From the IMG/VR virus record IMGVR_UViG_3300035506_000159: a DNA stretch of 64,000 nt; one strand, 5' to 3'. Numbering within the stretch: position 1 is the stretch's first letter; each line of letters starts with the position of its first letter. The translations under genes and the position numbers were made by a program. Under the pieces are notes generated by a model. It saw only the letters and a program-made list of their open reading frames with translations. It was not told the DNA's origin and did no database searches. Of this stretch, positions 50,563 through 60,296 are shown in pieces. Source of the stretch: an uncultured virus (IMG/VR IMGVR_UViG_3300035506_000159) (taxonomy: Duplodnaviria; Heunggongvirae; Uroviricota; Caudoviricetes).

Positions 50563-51369
<807 letters not shown>

Positions 51370-51888
51370 ACCCATTGGCATCGACGACGCACATATTACA
51401 TTTAAATCGTTTAAAAATTCGCTTAATTTCGATTGCCTGCAAACCAAAGTGCTCTTCCTCGAAAGAATATAGATTTACTATTTGCTTAAGAGGAGGTCCA
51501 CCAGTTTTAACAGGAGTAACTTTGATTACAATTACCTCAGTGGTACACCCAAGTCTGCCGACATCAACGCCCATGATATAATAAGATTTATCAGAAATCT
51601 TTTTATTGTATTTATCTTCAGCAAGATTTAGTACTCTATTGCGGTCAAAGGCATCTGGAGAGAAAAATGCACCATCGATAGTTCCAGACCATTTTGATTC
51701 AAACTCTCTTTCAAATCCAGTAGCATCAACTGAAATATCTGATTCTTGATTTTGAATAAAGTTAGCTGGTTGCAATCCTTCGACTACTGGTATTCTCCAG
51801 TCACCACCAAGAATAAAGGCTTCTTTGGGTCTAGCTACCATGCGGCAAAGGGTATCAATTAATTTATCATAGCTGAAAGTATTCTTAA
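51370..51888 (-). CDS. terL: Terminase large subunit, exon 2
   Basis: FKNTFSYDKL...FEREFESKWSG...YIMGVDVGR RNase H-like motif. Confidence 0.88.
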
Positions 51889-52148
51889 CATTTGTATTCT
51901 ACGAGATTCGCTGATTCTCGCACGTTCTCTAATGAACTGCTGCATGTCACCATGCAGATTAGACCATATCTTTATGCGTTTTACGCATATTCTCCGTTTC
52001 CACCATCAATAGCTTATGATGTACGTGCTATGCACTGGTCGTTGAACGTTCTATTATAAAATAATAGCTTCGCTGCTGATTGTCTTTTTATCTAATAAAT
52101 AAAAGATGTCCCAGCAATTAGAAGAATTTTAGCAGAGCCTAAATATTA
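51889..52148 (-). ncRNA. Group I intron 1 of terL, ORF-less, 260 nt
   Basis: P1 GCAGGGU/GCUCUGC with U.G; P AATTGCTGGGA, Q AATCAGCAG, P7 GACCA/TGGTC; terminal G; splicing gives TSAG-FKNTF. Confidence 0.92.
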
Positions 52149-52851
52149 ACCCTGCAGATGTGACAAAGATAGCAGATTGATTTAATACTTCATTTGGGTC
52201 TGAATGACCATTAATTTGTCTACTAACTACCAATGTTGGCATAATAATTTGGTTGAATCCTTCTTGGTCAACCTTTGCAACCTCTTCCGCAAGTAGAGAT
52301 TGAAAACGCGCACCACGAGTATGTTCACTAATTGCGCAGTTAGACAGTTGACTTCCATTCTTAAAAAGATATGAAACAGTATCTTTTGTTTGAGAAGTTG
52401 TTCCAAGTTTACCTCTTGTATCCCATTCAATTTCTTGTTTTAGCGCAGGAATTAATGTACATAATTCAATTATCTTGCTTCCAAGGATCATCGCTGACTG
52501 CGATTTGCCATCAGCGACAGTGGTTACTTTTGCGCCAGGATACAGAATACATTTAATCATTAGGGCTAGAACAGAAATAAATGATTTAGAGAAACCTCGA
52601 CTAAAGACCGCAAATACTGTCTTATATCTAAGCAAAATCCGCAACAACAATCTTTGAACAAACATTAGTTTAAAAGTATTATTTGGATTTAATGAACATA
52701 GATAATCAATAAATTTATCTGGATATTTTCTCCAATAGTCAATAAGTTTTTGATAGTAAGATAGATTTTCTACAATCTTAATTTTATCAACTTCTACCTT
52801 ACCACCTTTCTTATTGCTATTGGCAGTTTTAAGTAAATTTGATAATGCCAT
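52149..52851 (-). CDS. terL: Terminase large subunit, exon 1 (ATPase)
   Basis: Walker A-like SRGFSKS, RGARF, Walker B-like LLAEE, coupling motif TSA; three exons total 1758 nt = 585 aa. Confidence 0.9.
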
Positions 52852-52853
52852 GA

Positions 52854-54062
52854 TTAAAGTCCAAACTCTTCCATGAGTCTGAAAGCTTCATCCTCATATG
52901 CTTCTGGGTCAAATTCCTCTTCCTCTTCTTCAAGATTTGCGGAATTATTAAATCCACCCTTCATAATATTTTCAACTGTTTCTTCTTTTTGTTTATCAGC
53001 CTTCTCAATGAAGGATTCAATAAGGTCGCCAAGACCAAGTTCATCCCGCACAAGATTACTTACATAATTTTGTAAGTCATTAATAACAAAGTCTATTTTA
53101 TCTTGCGGATATTCTATTGGGTCAAACTGCTGGGGAATAATATCTCCTTCATGTTCTACAAAAGATACTAGTTGACCAATAGAATCAATCTCTCTTCCTT
53201 GTTCCTCTTTATTCTGTGCTTCTGTTAGACGTGCTGATTTCCGCAACTGATCATAGACAGAAGAAAGATTGCGATATGATTGTGTATCATCAATATCTAG
53301 TGCTTGGTCCATCTTTAACGATGTGCGGCAAATCTTGCGGACAGATTCTTCACGGTCAACATTAAGCTCATATTCCTCTGCATACTTTTGGTAGAGGTCC
53401 TCTAGCCGCACCCACTCTGATGGAGTATATGATATGCCCCACTTTACTGCTAGGTATTGAATATCTTCTCCAGTGAGTTCTTTCGCAATAGTTGCTTCAT
53501 CAACCTGTGGAGTTGATACTACGTTTAGCATTTTTTTATTTTTTTCTTCTTCTAGTGCTAGTAAATCTACATCTTCCTCTGTTAAGAATTTCTCTTTCTT
53601 ATCCCTACCTTGAATCATATCTTCATACTCTTCTTCGGTAATTTTACCAGCTTTTAATTTCTTTTCTGCTATTTCTTTTAGCTTTTCTTTATTTTCTTCT
53701 GATACTTTTGGACTATTTAATGATTCTGAATCCGCAAAATGATAATCTTTAAATTGAGTCATATTCATTTGCCGCAAATAGTGACCAAATACTGAAGATG
53801 GCCCGAACTTACCTGGATTCTTTAAGAAGATTTTATTTGTCATCTGAATCCATTGATTCTCAATATATGGTAAATCAAATTTCTCCAATAGTGGCATAAA
53901 TGTTTCAGGATTGCGGTTATCAATGTCTTTAGTTAAACATCTTTTACAAACTGGGTATCTAACACCCTCTGGAAGAGTGCGAGGAGACTTGTAAAATTCT
54001 GTACAAGGTTTCTCACGTCCGCACTCTTCGCATACTATAGTTGCTTGTGCTTCTTTAGGCAT
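52854..54062 (-). CDS. Zn-finger protein upstream of terL (terminase small subunit candidate)
   Basis: CEEC..CKRC zinc ribbon; likely ATG 54062 (402 aa); synteny. Confidence 0.55.
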   Translation of the reverse strand: MPKEAQATIVCEECGREKPCTEFYKSPRTLPEGVRYPVCKRCLTKDIDNRNPETFMPLLEKFDLPYIENQWIQMTNKIFLKNPGKFGPSSVFGHYLRQMNMTQFKDYHFADSESLNSPKVSEENKEKLKEIAEKKLKAGKITEEEYEDMIQGRDKKEKFLTEEDVDLLALEEEKNKKMLNVVSTPQVDEATIAKELTGEDIQYLAVKWGISYTPSEWVRLEDLYQKYAEEYELNVDREESVRKICRTSLKMDQALDIDDTQSYRNLSSVYDQLRKSARLTEAQNKEEQGREIDSIGQLVSFVEHEGDIIPQQFDPIEYPQDKIDFVINDLQNYVSNLVRDELGLGDLIESFIEKADKQKEETVENIMKGGFNNSANLEEEEEEFDPEAYEDEAFRLMEEFGL

Positions 54063-55137
54063 TGTTCGCCTTCTTTCTACATTCTTTGCAGACACTATAA
54101 AAATGGTCTTTTGAAGAAGTATTTCGGGAGAAGAAAATTGGATGTGCTAACTTGGTTTCTCCGCATTTGCGGCAAGTCTTCCAATTGCCTTTTTCAATAT
54201 TTGTGTAATACCATAGGAGATATTCTTCCTGAGCCTTTTCCGCAATCATCTTTGGAATACGTTGTTTCCAAAGAGTTGAGATATATTGTTCAGTGTGGAT
54301 AGTTCCATAAGTATTTTCCAGATATTGCTTAATTTCTGCATTTGAATATTTATTGATTTTCCGCACCATCACATCAAAGAACATTGGATACTTAGGAAGT
54401 AGTGTTCGTTCTACTAAGCCTTCAAAATCTAGAAGAACAGAATACATATCACAATTAACTTCTTCTCCAGTTTCTTTCTTTAGGTCTGCATAATTTGTTA
54501 ATAGATAGGATACTTTATCTGCGGAAAGGAAGGATATAGGTGAATCTGAAACAGGGTATCCTTCTGAATCGAAATATATATTTTCCTCAATCTTAAGGGT
54601 AGTATAGTCTTTATGAGTTGGAGATATTTTTCCCTTACCTACTCCCCCCTTAGCTGATGCCCGCAAAATGTAAGCTTGTTTCCACATTTCAATAATTTGC
54701 TTTTTAATATTGTATTTGTTTTTTCCTGTGGCACTTAAAAGTCGATTATTTAGAGCATCGATGGTTTGTATAATTTCCCGCAAACCAGGCACTGTCCGCA
54801 TATCGTCTGCGGTGATGGGATCTTTAGGATCCATGATTTGATTTTTATCGTTGGTGATTATTGCGTGCAGAGAATCTTCACCATATTCATAGAGGTCTAC
54901 CATTTCGTCAAAAGATACTTGACGTTTATTGAGGGTAGCTTCTCTATTGCGGGTAGTGATTGGATATTCTTCTGCCTGTTCTTTTTTAGTTTGATTTTTA
55001 TCAGCCACAAAAAGAAGATAATCTGATATATATTGTAGATATTTGTCTGTTAATTGTTCTGGATTGGTATTTTCAAGTAGATTATCTACATATTGTTTTC
55101 TTTCTTCTTTTGTGGATAAAGAGTAGTCTAAATGCAA
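54055..55137 (-). CDS. Putative DNA-binding/transcription protein with C-terminal Zn ribbon
   Basis: TTG 55137 with AAAGGAG, 360 aa; HTH-like YSNAEIKQYL..QYISTLW; CRKC..CKEC. Confidence 0.6.
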   Translation of the reverse strand: MHLDYSLSTKEERKQYVDNLLENTNPEQLTDKYLQYISDYLLFVADKNQTKKEQAEEYPITTRNREATLNKRQVSFDEMVDLYEYGEDSLHAIITNDKNQIMDPKDPITADDMRTVPGLREIIQTIDALNNRLLSATGKNKYNIKKQIIEMWKQAYILRASAKGGVGKGKISPTHKDYTTLKIEENIYFDSEGYPVSDSPISFLSADKVSYLLTNYADLKKETGEEVNCDMYSVLLDFEGLVERTLLPKYPMFFDVMVRKINKYSNAEIKQYLENTYGTIHTEQYISTLWKQRIPKMIAEKAQEEYLLWYYTNIEKGNWKTCRKCGETKLAHPIFFSRNTSSKDHFYSVCKECRKKANNA

Positions 55138-55168
55138 TTTTACTCCTTTCCTATTGGTCATTGAGAAT

Positions 55169-55197
55169 ATTGTATCATAGATTATGACATTTGTCAA
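55169..55197 (-). promoter_or_regulatory. Sigma70/SigA promoter for packaging operon
   Basis: TTGACA-N17-TACAAT with extended TG. Confidence 0.8.
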
Positions 55198-55763
55198 CGA
55201 GAAATTAAAATTTTATAATATGGCGAAAAATAATTTTATTTTCCATTTTTGCTAGTAAAATAAAAGAGTTTGTTTTTGACGGTTTTGTGTGGCGTTTTCA
55301 GGTTTCTGAAAAGATTCTATAAGGATCCTCCATATACGCCCCTACCAACTAATATATTAGTCCTATAAGAATTTCTGCCGAGAGTTCTGGCAACATATCT
55401 ATACCTATCGATTCATAAAATTGAGGAGCATCGATATGTTCAGGAGGGTCGCTCGGCGGGCGAGCCGCAGGCGCGGAGCCGCGGAAGGCCGACCACGGCC
55501 AGCCGCCGCATAAAAATTTTAACTATCTATTTTTTGATGTGGAGTTCACCGCGGTTAACTTAACCTGAAAATTCCCTCAACATCAAACATCGAAGTGTAT
55601 CGATGGAAGAACCTATCAAGATTTCAACTATCATCGATGTGAACCATCTGCATAAAACAGACCTGTTTTTGAATATCCAATATTAGTACGATTCTATGCA
55701 AAATTAGTTCACCAAAGCTAACTAATCCAAATGTGTAGGAAATATGTAGAAGAAGAAATCTCG

Positions 55764-55792
55764 TTGACAACCCTGACAGAGAAGCGTATAGT
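55764..55792 (+). promoter_or_regulatory. Sigma70/SigA promoter
   Basis: TTGACA-N17-TATAGT upstream of 55847. Confidence 0.8.
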
Positions 55793-55846
55793 AATAGTCA
55801 GCAAGGGGGAACAAGAAGTACCCCTTACGGAAGGAAGGTAGTCGCT

Positions 55847-56206
55847 ATGACTAACACCACTAAGTCCCTCACCAACGCTCAGGCTCTCGCTCAGGCCATC
55901 GAGCTAGCCGACAAGGCTGGTATGACCGAGCTGGTCGCTAAGCTCACTAAGATGCATGAGACTGCTATCAAGCCCAAGAAGAAGAGCGACGGCCCGACTA
56001 AGGCACAGCTTGAGAACATCGCCCTTGCAGAGAAGGCTGTGGCCTACATGCTTGACCACGAGGGAGTAACCGCCAAAGAGCTGGCCTCCAACGTCGAAGG
56101 TATCAACACTAGTCAGAAGGCAGTAGCAGTCATGCGTCAGGCTATCACGATGGGTAAAGTAGTCAAGTGCAAGGTAGGGAGTCAGACGCTCTACAACCTG
56201 AACTAG
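55847..56206 (+). CDS. Winged-helix DNA-binding protein (paralog A)
   Basis: 119 aa; TAKELA..TSQKAVAVMRQAI..GKV.K..VGSQTLY wHTH pattern; GC-rich codons. Confidence 0.75.
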   Translation: MTNTTKSLTNAQALAQAIELADKAGMTELVAKLTKMHETAIKPKKKSDGPTKAQLENIALAEKAVAYMLDHEGVTAKELASNVEGINTSQKAVAVMRQAITMGKVVKCKVGSQTLYNLN

Positions 56207-56212
56207 CACATC

Positions 56213-56241
56213 GAGGGGAGTAGGTCGCATCTACTCCCCTC
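56213..56241. terminator. Strong hairpin after paralog A
   Basis: GAGGGGAGTAG-GTCGCAT-CTACTCCCCTC; weak U tail. Confidence 0.6.
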
Positions 56242-56254
56242 ACTTGTCCGCTAT

Positions 56255-56270
56255 TGTTCCACGTGAAACA
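56255..56270. promoter_or_regulatory. parS centromere-like site (ParB/Spo0J binding)
   Basis: TGTTCCACGTGAAACA, 16/16 match to chromosomal consensus TGTTNCACGTGAAACA; intergenic. Confidence 0.85.
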
Positions 56271-56458
56271 GTAGCACCACACACACATGTAACACTATCA
56301 CTAGATACAGTGTAGTATATTACAAGAAAGAGATCACTAGTACACACTAGCAACTACCAGTAGTATACTACACTGTAGTGTGATGGAGTGCGATCTAATG
56401 TAGCTCCAAGAGTAACATATAAAAGATTGAATAGTTAAGTATCGTATTTGGGCAGAAA

Positions 56459-56487
56459 ATTATACCAGAAGGGCTAACAAAAATCAA
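56459..56487 (-). promoter_or_regulatory. Leftward SigA promoter with no downstream ORF
   Basis: TTGATT-N17-TATAAT with extended TG. Confidence 0.6.
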
Positions 56488-56678
56488 GCCCTTCACAAAC
56501 TCTACACAAATGCCGCACACATAAATCCTTAAACTATTAGAGGTTTGAACAGTCTCTTAGTGTTTTAGCTAGATAAAGTAGTACGTGTTTTGATGTGCGG
56601 GACCATTCCTGTAGCTAAATAAATCCCAACCACTACGGACTGCATCTATTTGATGTTTCGTCTCTGGACTGTAACTAT

Positions 56679-56706
56679 ATAATACCATGACCATTGAGGA
56701 AGTCAA
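56679..56706 (-). promoter_or_regulatory. Leftward SigA promoter with no downstream ORF
   Basis: TTGACT-N16-TATTAT with extended TG. Confidence 0.5.
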
Positions 56707-57059
56707 TGGAGTTCATATCTTCTACACAAATTGAAACTTGTGAATGAAATATGATGGGATTGAATCCGATGTTAGAATCTACTATTATATTTACAGTATT
56801 AGTTATGGTAGTAGGAAGTGTTCACTATGGTTAACTATCTTCTCCGGCTCGTTTGGTTCATCCGCTTGAACCGTCGTCCACGATACACTTACATTGATTA
56901 GAATCGATGTGTTCTAGTTCAATCTTGAAATCATTCTCTAAAATGAAATTTGTGAATGAGAAATGAATTTCAAAATTGAAATTGATTTCTACTTTAGAAA
57001 TGATATTATATTAGTAATGAAATTCAAAAACGAATTTCAATTACTGGAAGGAATCTGAA

Positions 57060-57755
57060 ATGCGTTACGTTGCTATTGTTGATACTGAAACCACTTCTCT
57101 TAACCGCGCTAAAGCCTTCTCCACTTGTCTTGTCTATGATTTTGGCTATGTCATTTCCGATACTAAAGGAAACATTGTAGTTAAGCGTTCATTCATCAAT
57201 GACGATGTATTCTCTAATCCTTCTCTTATGGAAACAGCTTACTACGCTGAAAAGCTCCCGATGTACCACGAGAATAAAGGGAATGAGTGGGTTCATTCTA
57301 CTACTCTTGAAATGTGGAATATTTTCAACAATGATATTAAAGAGTATGGTATCAAGGCTGGGGATGTGTTCGCTTATAATGCGGGATTCGATATGCGAGC
57401 ACTGAATTTCACCATTAATCATTTCTCTAATGGGTTCGTTAAAGAATTTATTCCTTGCAATATGTGGCGTGATATTTGGGTTATCGCTGGTAAGGCTATC
57501 ACGGCCACTAATAAATATGTTAATTTCTGCATTGATAATGGCCTTCTCTCGGAAAAGAAGAATCCTAGCACGTCCGCTGAAACTGTTTTCAAATATCTTA
57601 CTGGTAACATTGAATTTGCGGAACGTCATACTGCTCTTAATGATAGTGAGATTGAACACTTTATCTTGATGAATTGTTTCAAGCGTCATGCGGCCATGCC
57701 TTGCACGTTGGGTCAAGGATGGGTGTATGCAGCTAGGAAAAAGAAGAATAAGTAG
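57060..57755 (+). CDS. DEDDh (DnaQ-like) 3'-5' exonuclease
   Basis: ExoI IVDTETT, ExoII AYNAGFD, ExoIII HTALND. Confidence 0.88.
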   Translation: MRYVAIVDTETTSLNRAKAFSTCLVYDFGYVISDTKGNIVVKRSFINDDVFSNPSLMETAYYAEKLPMYHENKGNEWVHSTTLEMWNIFNNDIKEYGIKAGDVFAYNAGFDMRALNFTINHFSNGFVKEFIPCNMWRDIWVIAGKAITATNKYVNFCIDNGLLSEKKNPSTSAETVFKYLTGNIEFAERHTALNDSEIEHFILMNCFKRHAAMPCTLGQGWVYAARKKKNK

Positions 57756-57769
57756 GAATTGTGGAGGGG

Positions 57770-57798
57770 TTGACATAGTTCAACCCCTCTTCTATACT
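57770..57798 (+). promoter_or_regulatory. SigA promoter embedded in a hairpin
   Basis: TTGACA-N17-TATACT overlapping GAGGGGTTGA/TCAACCCCTC inverted repeat. Confidence 0.75.
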
Positions 57799-57835
57799 AT
57801 TAGTAGTTAAAGGATACTAGTAGTTAGGAAACATC

Positions 57836-58033
57836 ATGAACGCAGCCATCGACCTTACTAACCTCACTAATTGGCTGAACTCCACCTATGAGCTAGCTAG
57901 AAGTGGCCGCACTGAATGTGTAGAAGAGTTCAATAAAATGCGGACTATGGTTGATGACCTCTTCGGACTGGATGTAATATTTATCACAACTAATCGGGGA
58001 GGTTACTGGATAGTTAAAAAAGGGGACGAGTAG
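57836..58033 (+). CDS. Hypothetical protein
   Basis: 65 aa with own promoter and downstream hairpin-T run. Confidence 0.65.
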   Translation: MNAAIDLTNLTNWLNSTYELARSGRTECVEEFNKMRTMVDDLFGLDVIFITTNRGGYWIVKKGDE

Positions 58034-58080
58034 TCCTCTTTTTTTGTGCGGAAAAAGTTATGTGTTTTTTATGAAAGGAC

Positions 58081-58109
58081 TTGACAGCCTAAATTGCATT
58101 AGTTATTAT
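58081..58109 (+). promoter_or_regulatory. SigA promoter
   Basis: TTGACA-N17-TATTAT. Confidence 0.65.
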
Positions 58110-58319
58110 TATTATTAAGATGGAAGACTATCAAATATGGCCAGACGAAATGTGGAGATTGTATGAAGAAATTTCACAAGCTATTGACAGCGGAACACAT
58201 CGATGGTCCTGAATCCCGCAACTGATATACTAGTATACTCATTGACCATTTGCTATTGGGTATGCTATGATGTAATCAACAAATAGCAATAAGGCTATTT
58301 GATATTTAAGGAGTTCGAT

Positions 58320-58511
58320 ATGTGCAAGAAATGTGAAATGTGCCGTTGGTCACGCATGATTGAAACTGAATATAATGGATTCATCTATGCTTGCACGTCT
58401 GACGATGTGTATGACTACATTGTTGCTATTGGTATACCAGTTGATATGCCAGTGCGGATTGAGGGGACTTCCAGAAAAACTTGCAAGTTTTATGAACGGA
58501 ACACCGACTAG
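58320..58511 (+). CDS. Small Cys-rich protein
   Basis: ATG 58320 with AAGGAG, 63 aa; CKKCEMC..C..C; terminator 58516-58548. Confidence 0.65.
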   Translation: MCKKCEMCRWSRMIETEYNGFIYACTSDDVYDYIVAIGIPVDMPVRIEGTSRKTCKFYERNTD

Positions 58512-58640
58512 CTTAAATACCCTCCAGTTGGAGGGTATTTTCTTTATTTAATCAATTGATATATCAGTTAATTCTCGACCTTGCAAGGTATGGAATAGTG
58601 TATATTATATCTATCATCCAATAGTAGAGAGGATAGTTCA

Positions 58641-58808
58641 ATGTTTGATAAGTACTGGTTCAACTGGAAGCTCATCGGTCTTATTGTCGGTCTTGTAATT
58701 ATGGTCGTTGCTCTTGAATGTGCGGTGTATGGTGTGTTTGCCTATCCGTCTCAATATGACCTACTTGCAATCGCTGGAATTGTTATCATCTGCCTGTCAT
58801 TTAAGTAG
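58641..58808 (+). CDS. Small two-helix membrane protein (55 aa)
   Basis: Below ORF-track cutoff; GAGG RBS; MFDKYWFNWKLIGLIVGLVIMVVALECAVYGVFAYPSQYDLLAIAGIVIICLSFK. Confidence 0.7.
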   Translation: MFDKYWFNWKLIGLIVGLVIMVVALECAVYGVFAYPSQYDLLAIAGIVIICLSFK

Positions 58809-59228
58809 TGTGGAGAATATGTGCGGGTCTTGACCTGCCCGCACATTCTTTAAGAAGTTAATACCCCTCTTAAGAGGGGTTTTTCTTTATCTCTTAAATA
58901 CTGGCCGTGAACGGCCACGATTTGTGGAGATTTTGTGAAGATAGAAATTTTAATTGACTTTAGCTAGAAACTATGCTACATCCAGTATCCTAAAACAAAC
59001 TAATATACTAATCGTAGTTTTGGGGCGCGTAGCGGCGTTTTAAGCCCTTGTACGGATAGCATACCTGTTAAAGGTAGGATAACTGCTTAAATGGCCTTAA
59101 ATGGCCTGTACGTGGCTCACACGCTAAAATAATGTGGAGACGTGTTTCAGAAACAGATGGAAACTGAAAAAAATCTTAAAGTCAAATAAATCGATTTCAT
59201 ATCGAGAAGAAATATATTTCAGGTCGCA

Positions 59229-59682
59229 CATCAAACTATTTATTATTAATACCTTGATGATCAATCTTATTACTATCTCACATCAAACTATTAATAGTTA
59301 ATACCTTGAATATGGCCACGAAATATGGAGATTTTGTGAAGATAGAAAAAAGCCCTTGACAAACACAATTTCTACACAAACCTAAAATTTCCTAAAAGAC
59401 ATATCATTTAATAGCAAAAGACATATCATTACAAACATCAAACTTGAAACTATTTCATGATCGGGATAGTTTAAATCTTTATATGTTATCTATCTCCGCA
59501 CATATAATAATTTGAACATATCAAATTTATTATCGTTTTTAGTTTGATGTTCAAACTTATTACTATCGTTCATCAAACTATTTATCATTAATACACTGAT
59601 AAAGACTCAAACTAATCAAACTTATTACCATTAATAGCTCTATCATCAAACTAATTATTATCTATCATCAAACTTATTACTA
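59229..59682 (+). repeat. Array of CATCAAACT(A/T)-type direct repeats
   Basis: About 11 exact or degenerate copies plus one inverted copy at 59541 in AT-rich non-coding DNA. Confidence 0.8.
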
Positions 59683-59721
59683 TGTACAGTTATGTTTTTT
59701 TAATGTTTTTTAAAATAGTTG

Positions 59722-59750
59722 TTGCAATTCCTCGCGCGTATGGGTATAGT
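59722..59750 (+). promoter_or_regulatory. SigA promoter
   Basis: TTGCAA-N17-TATAGT upstream of 59790. Confidence 0.7.
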
Positions 59751-59789
59751 AGTCATTGTAAGGTTAACCCCTAACAGGAGGTACACAAT

Positions 59790-60215
59790 ATGAACGGACT
59801 GGAACTGCACATTATCGCAATGTTCACCGATGCGTGCGATGAATACCCTACTCACATGGAGGTATTTAAGTCCTGCAATGACGCATGCGCATACATTAAT
59901 ACGATGTATGGCATGGATTGCACTGAAACTCATAATATCTACGATGCAATCAATTTCTTGAATAAATTTGATGGTATCAATCTCAAATATGTATACTCCG
60001 AGGTAAAACGCACATGCCCCAACTGTATGCATTGCATTGACGGATTCACGGATTATGATGACGAAGAGTGCATGTTTTGCACGCTGAATATCAATGAAAC
60101 TGAATTCGACCCTTATAAGGAATTTAACAGCTATCCTGAAACTAGCTGCAATAAATTCAAGTATCATGCACTCGAAACCTATGCTGAATGGAGGATTAAT
60201 AATATCATGGATTGA
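59790..60215 (+). CDS. Hypothetical protein with C-terminal Cys cluster
   Basis: 141 aa, AGGAGG RBS; CPNCMHC..C..C; hairpin 60225-60255. Confidence 0.7.
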   Translation: MNGLELHIIAMFTDACDEYPTHMEVFKSCNDACAYINTMYGMDCTETHNIYDAINFLNKFDGINLKYVYSEVKRTCPNCMHCIDGFTDYDDEECMFCTLNINETEFDPYKEFNSYPETSCNKFKYHALETYAEWRINNIMD

Positions 60216-60296
60216 TGAATAAATGGTAGGGGTAGATACAATTCTACCCCTACCTTCCCACTGTTTTATTCATTACTCATTGAACGGATAGTATTC

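Noticed and set aside
55549..55568. DtxR/IdeR-like box (GGTTAACTTAACC)
   Set aside because: Only about 13 of 19 positions match and no metal-related gene is adjacent.
56298..56313. NrdR-like box TCACTAGATACAGTGT
   Set aside because: No convincing tandem partner at the usual spacing; better explained as part of the inverted repeat.
58120..58212. 30-codon near-leaderless ORF MEDYQIWPDEMWRLY...
   Set aside because: No RBS and its sequence is largely the phased repeat plus TTGACA module; not excluded but unsupported.
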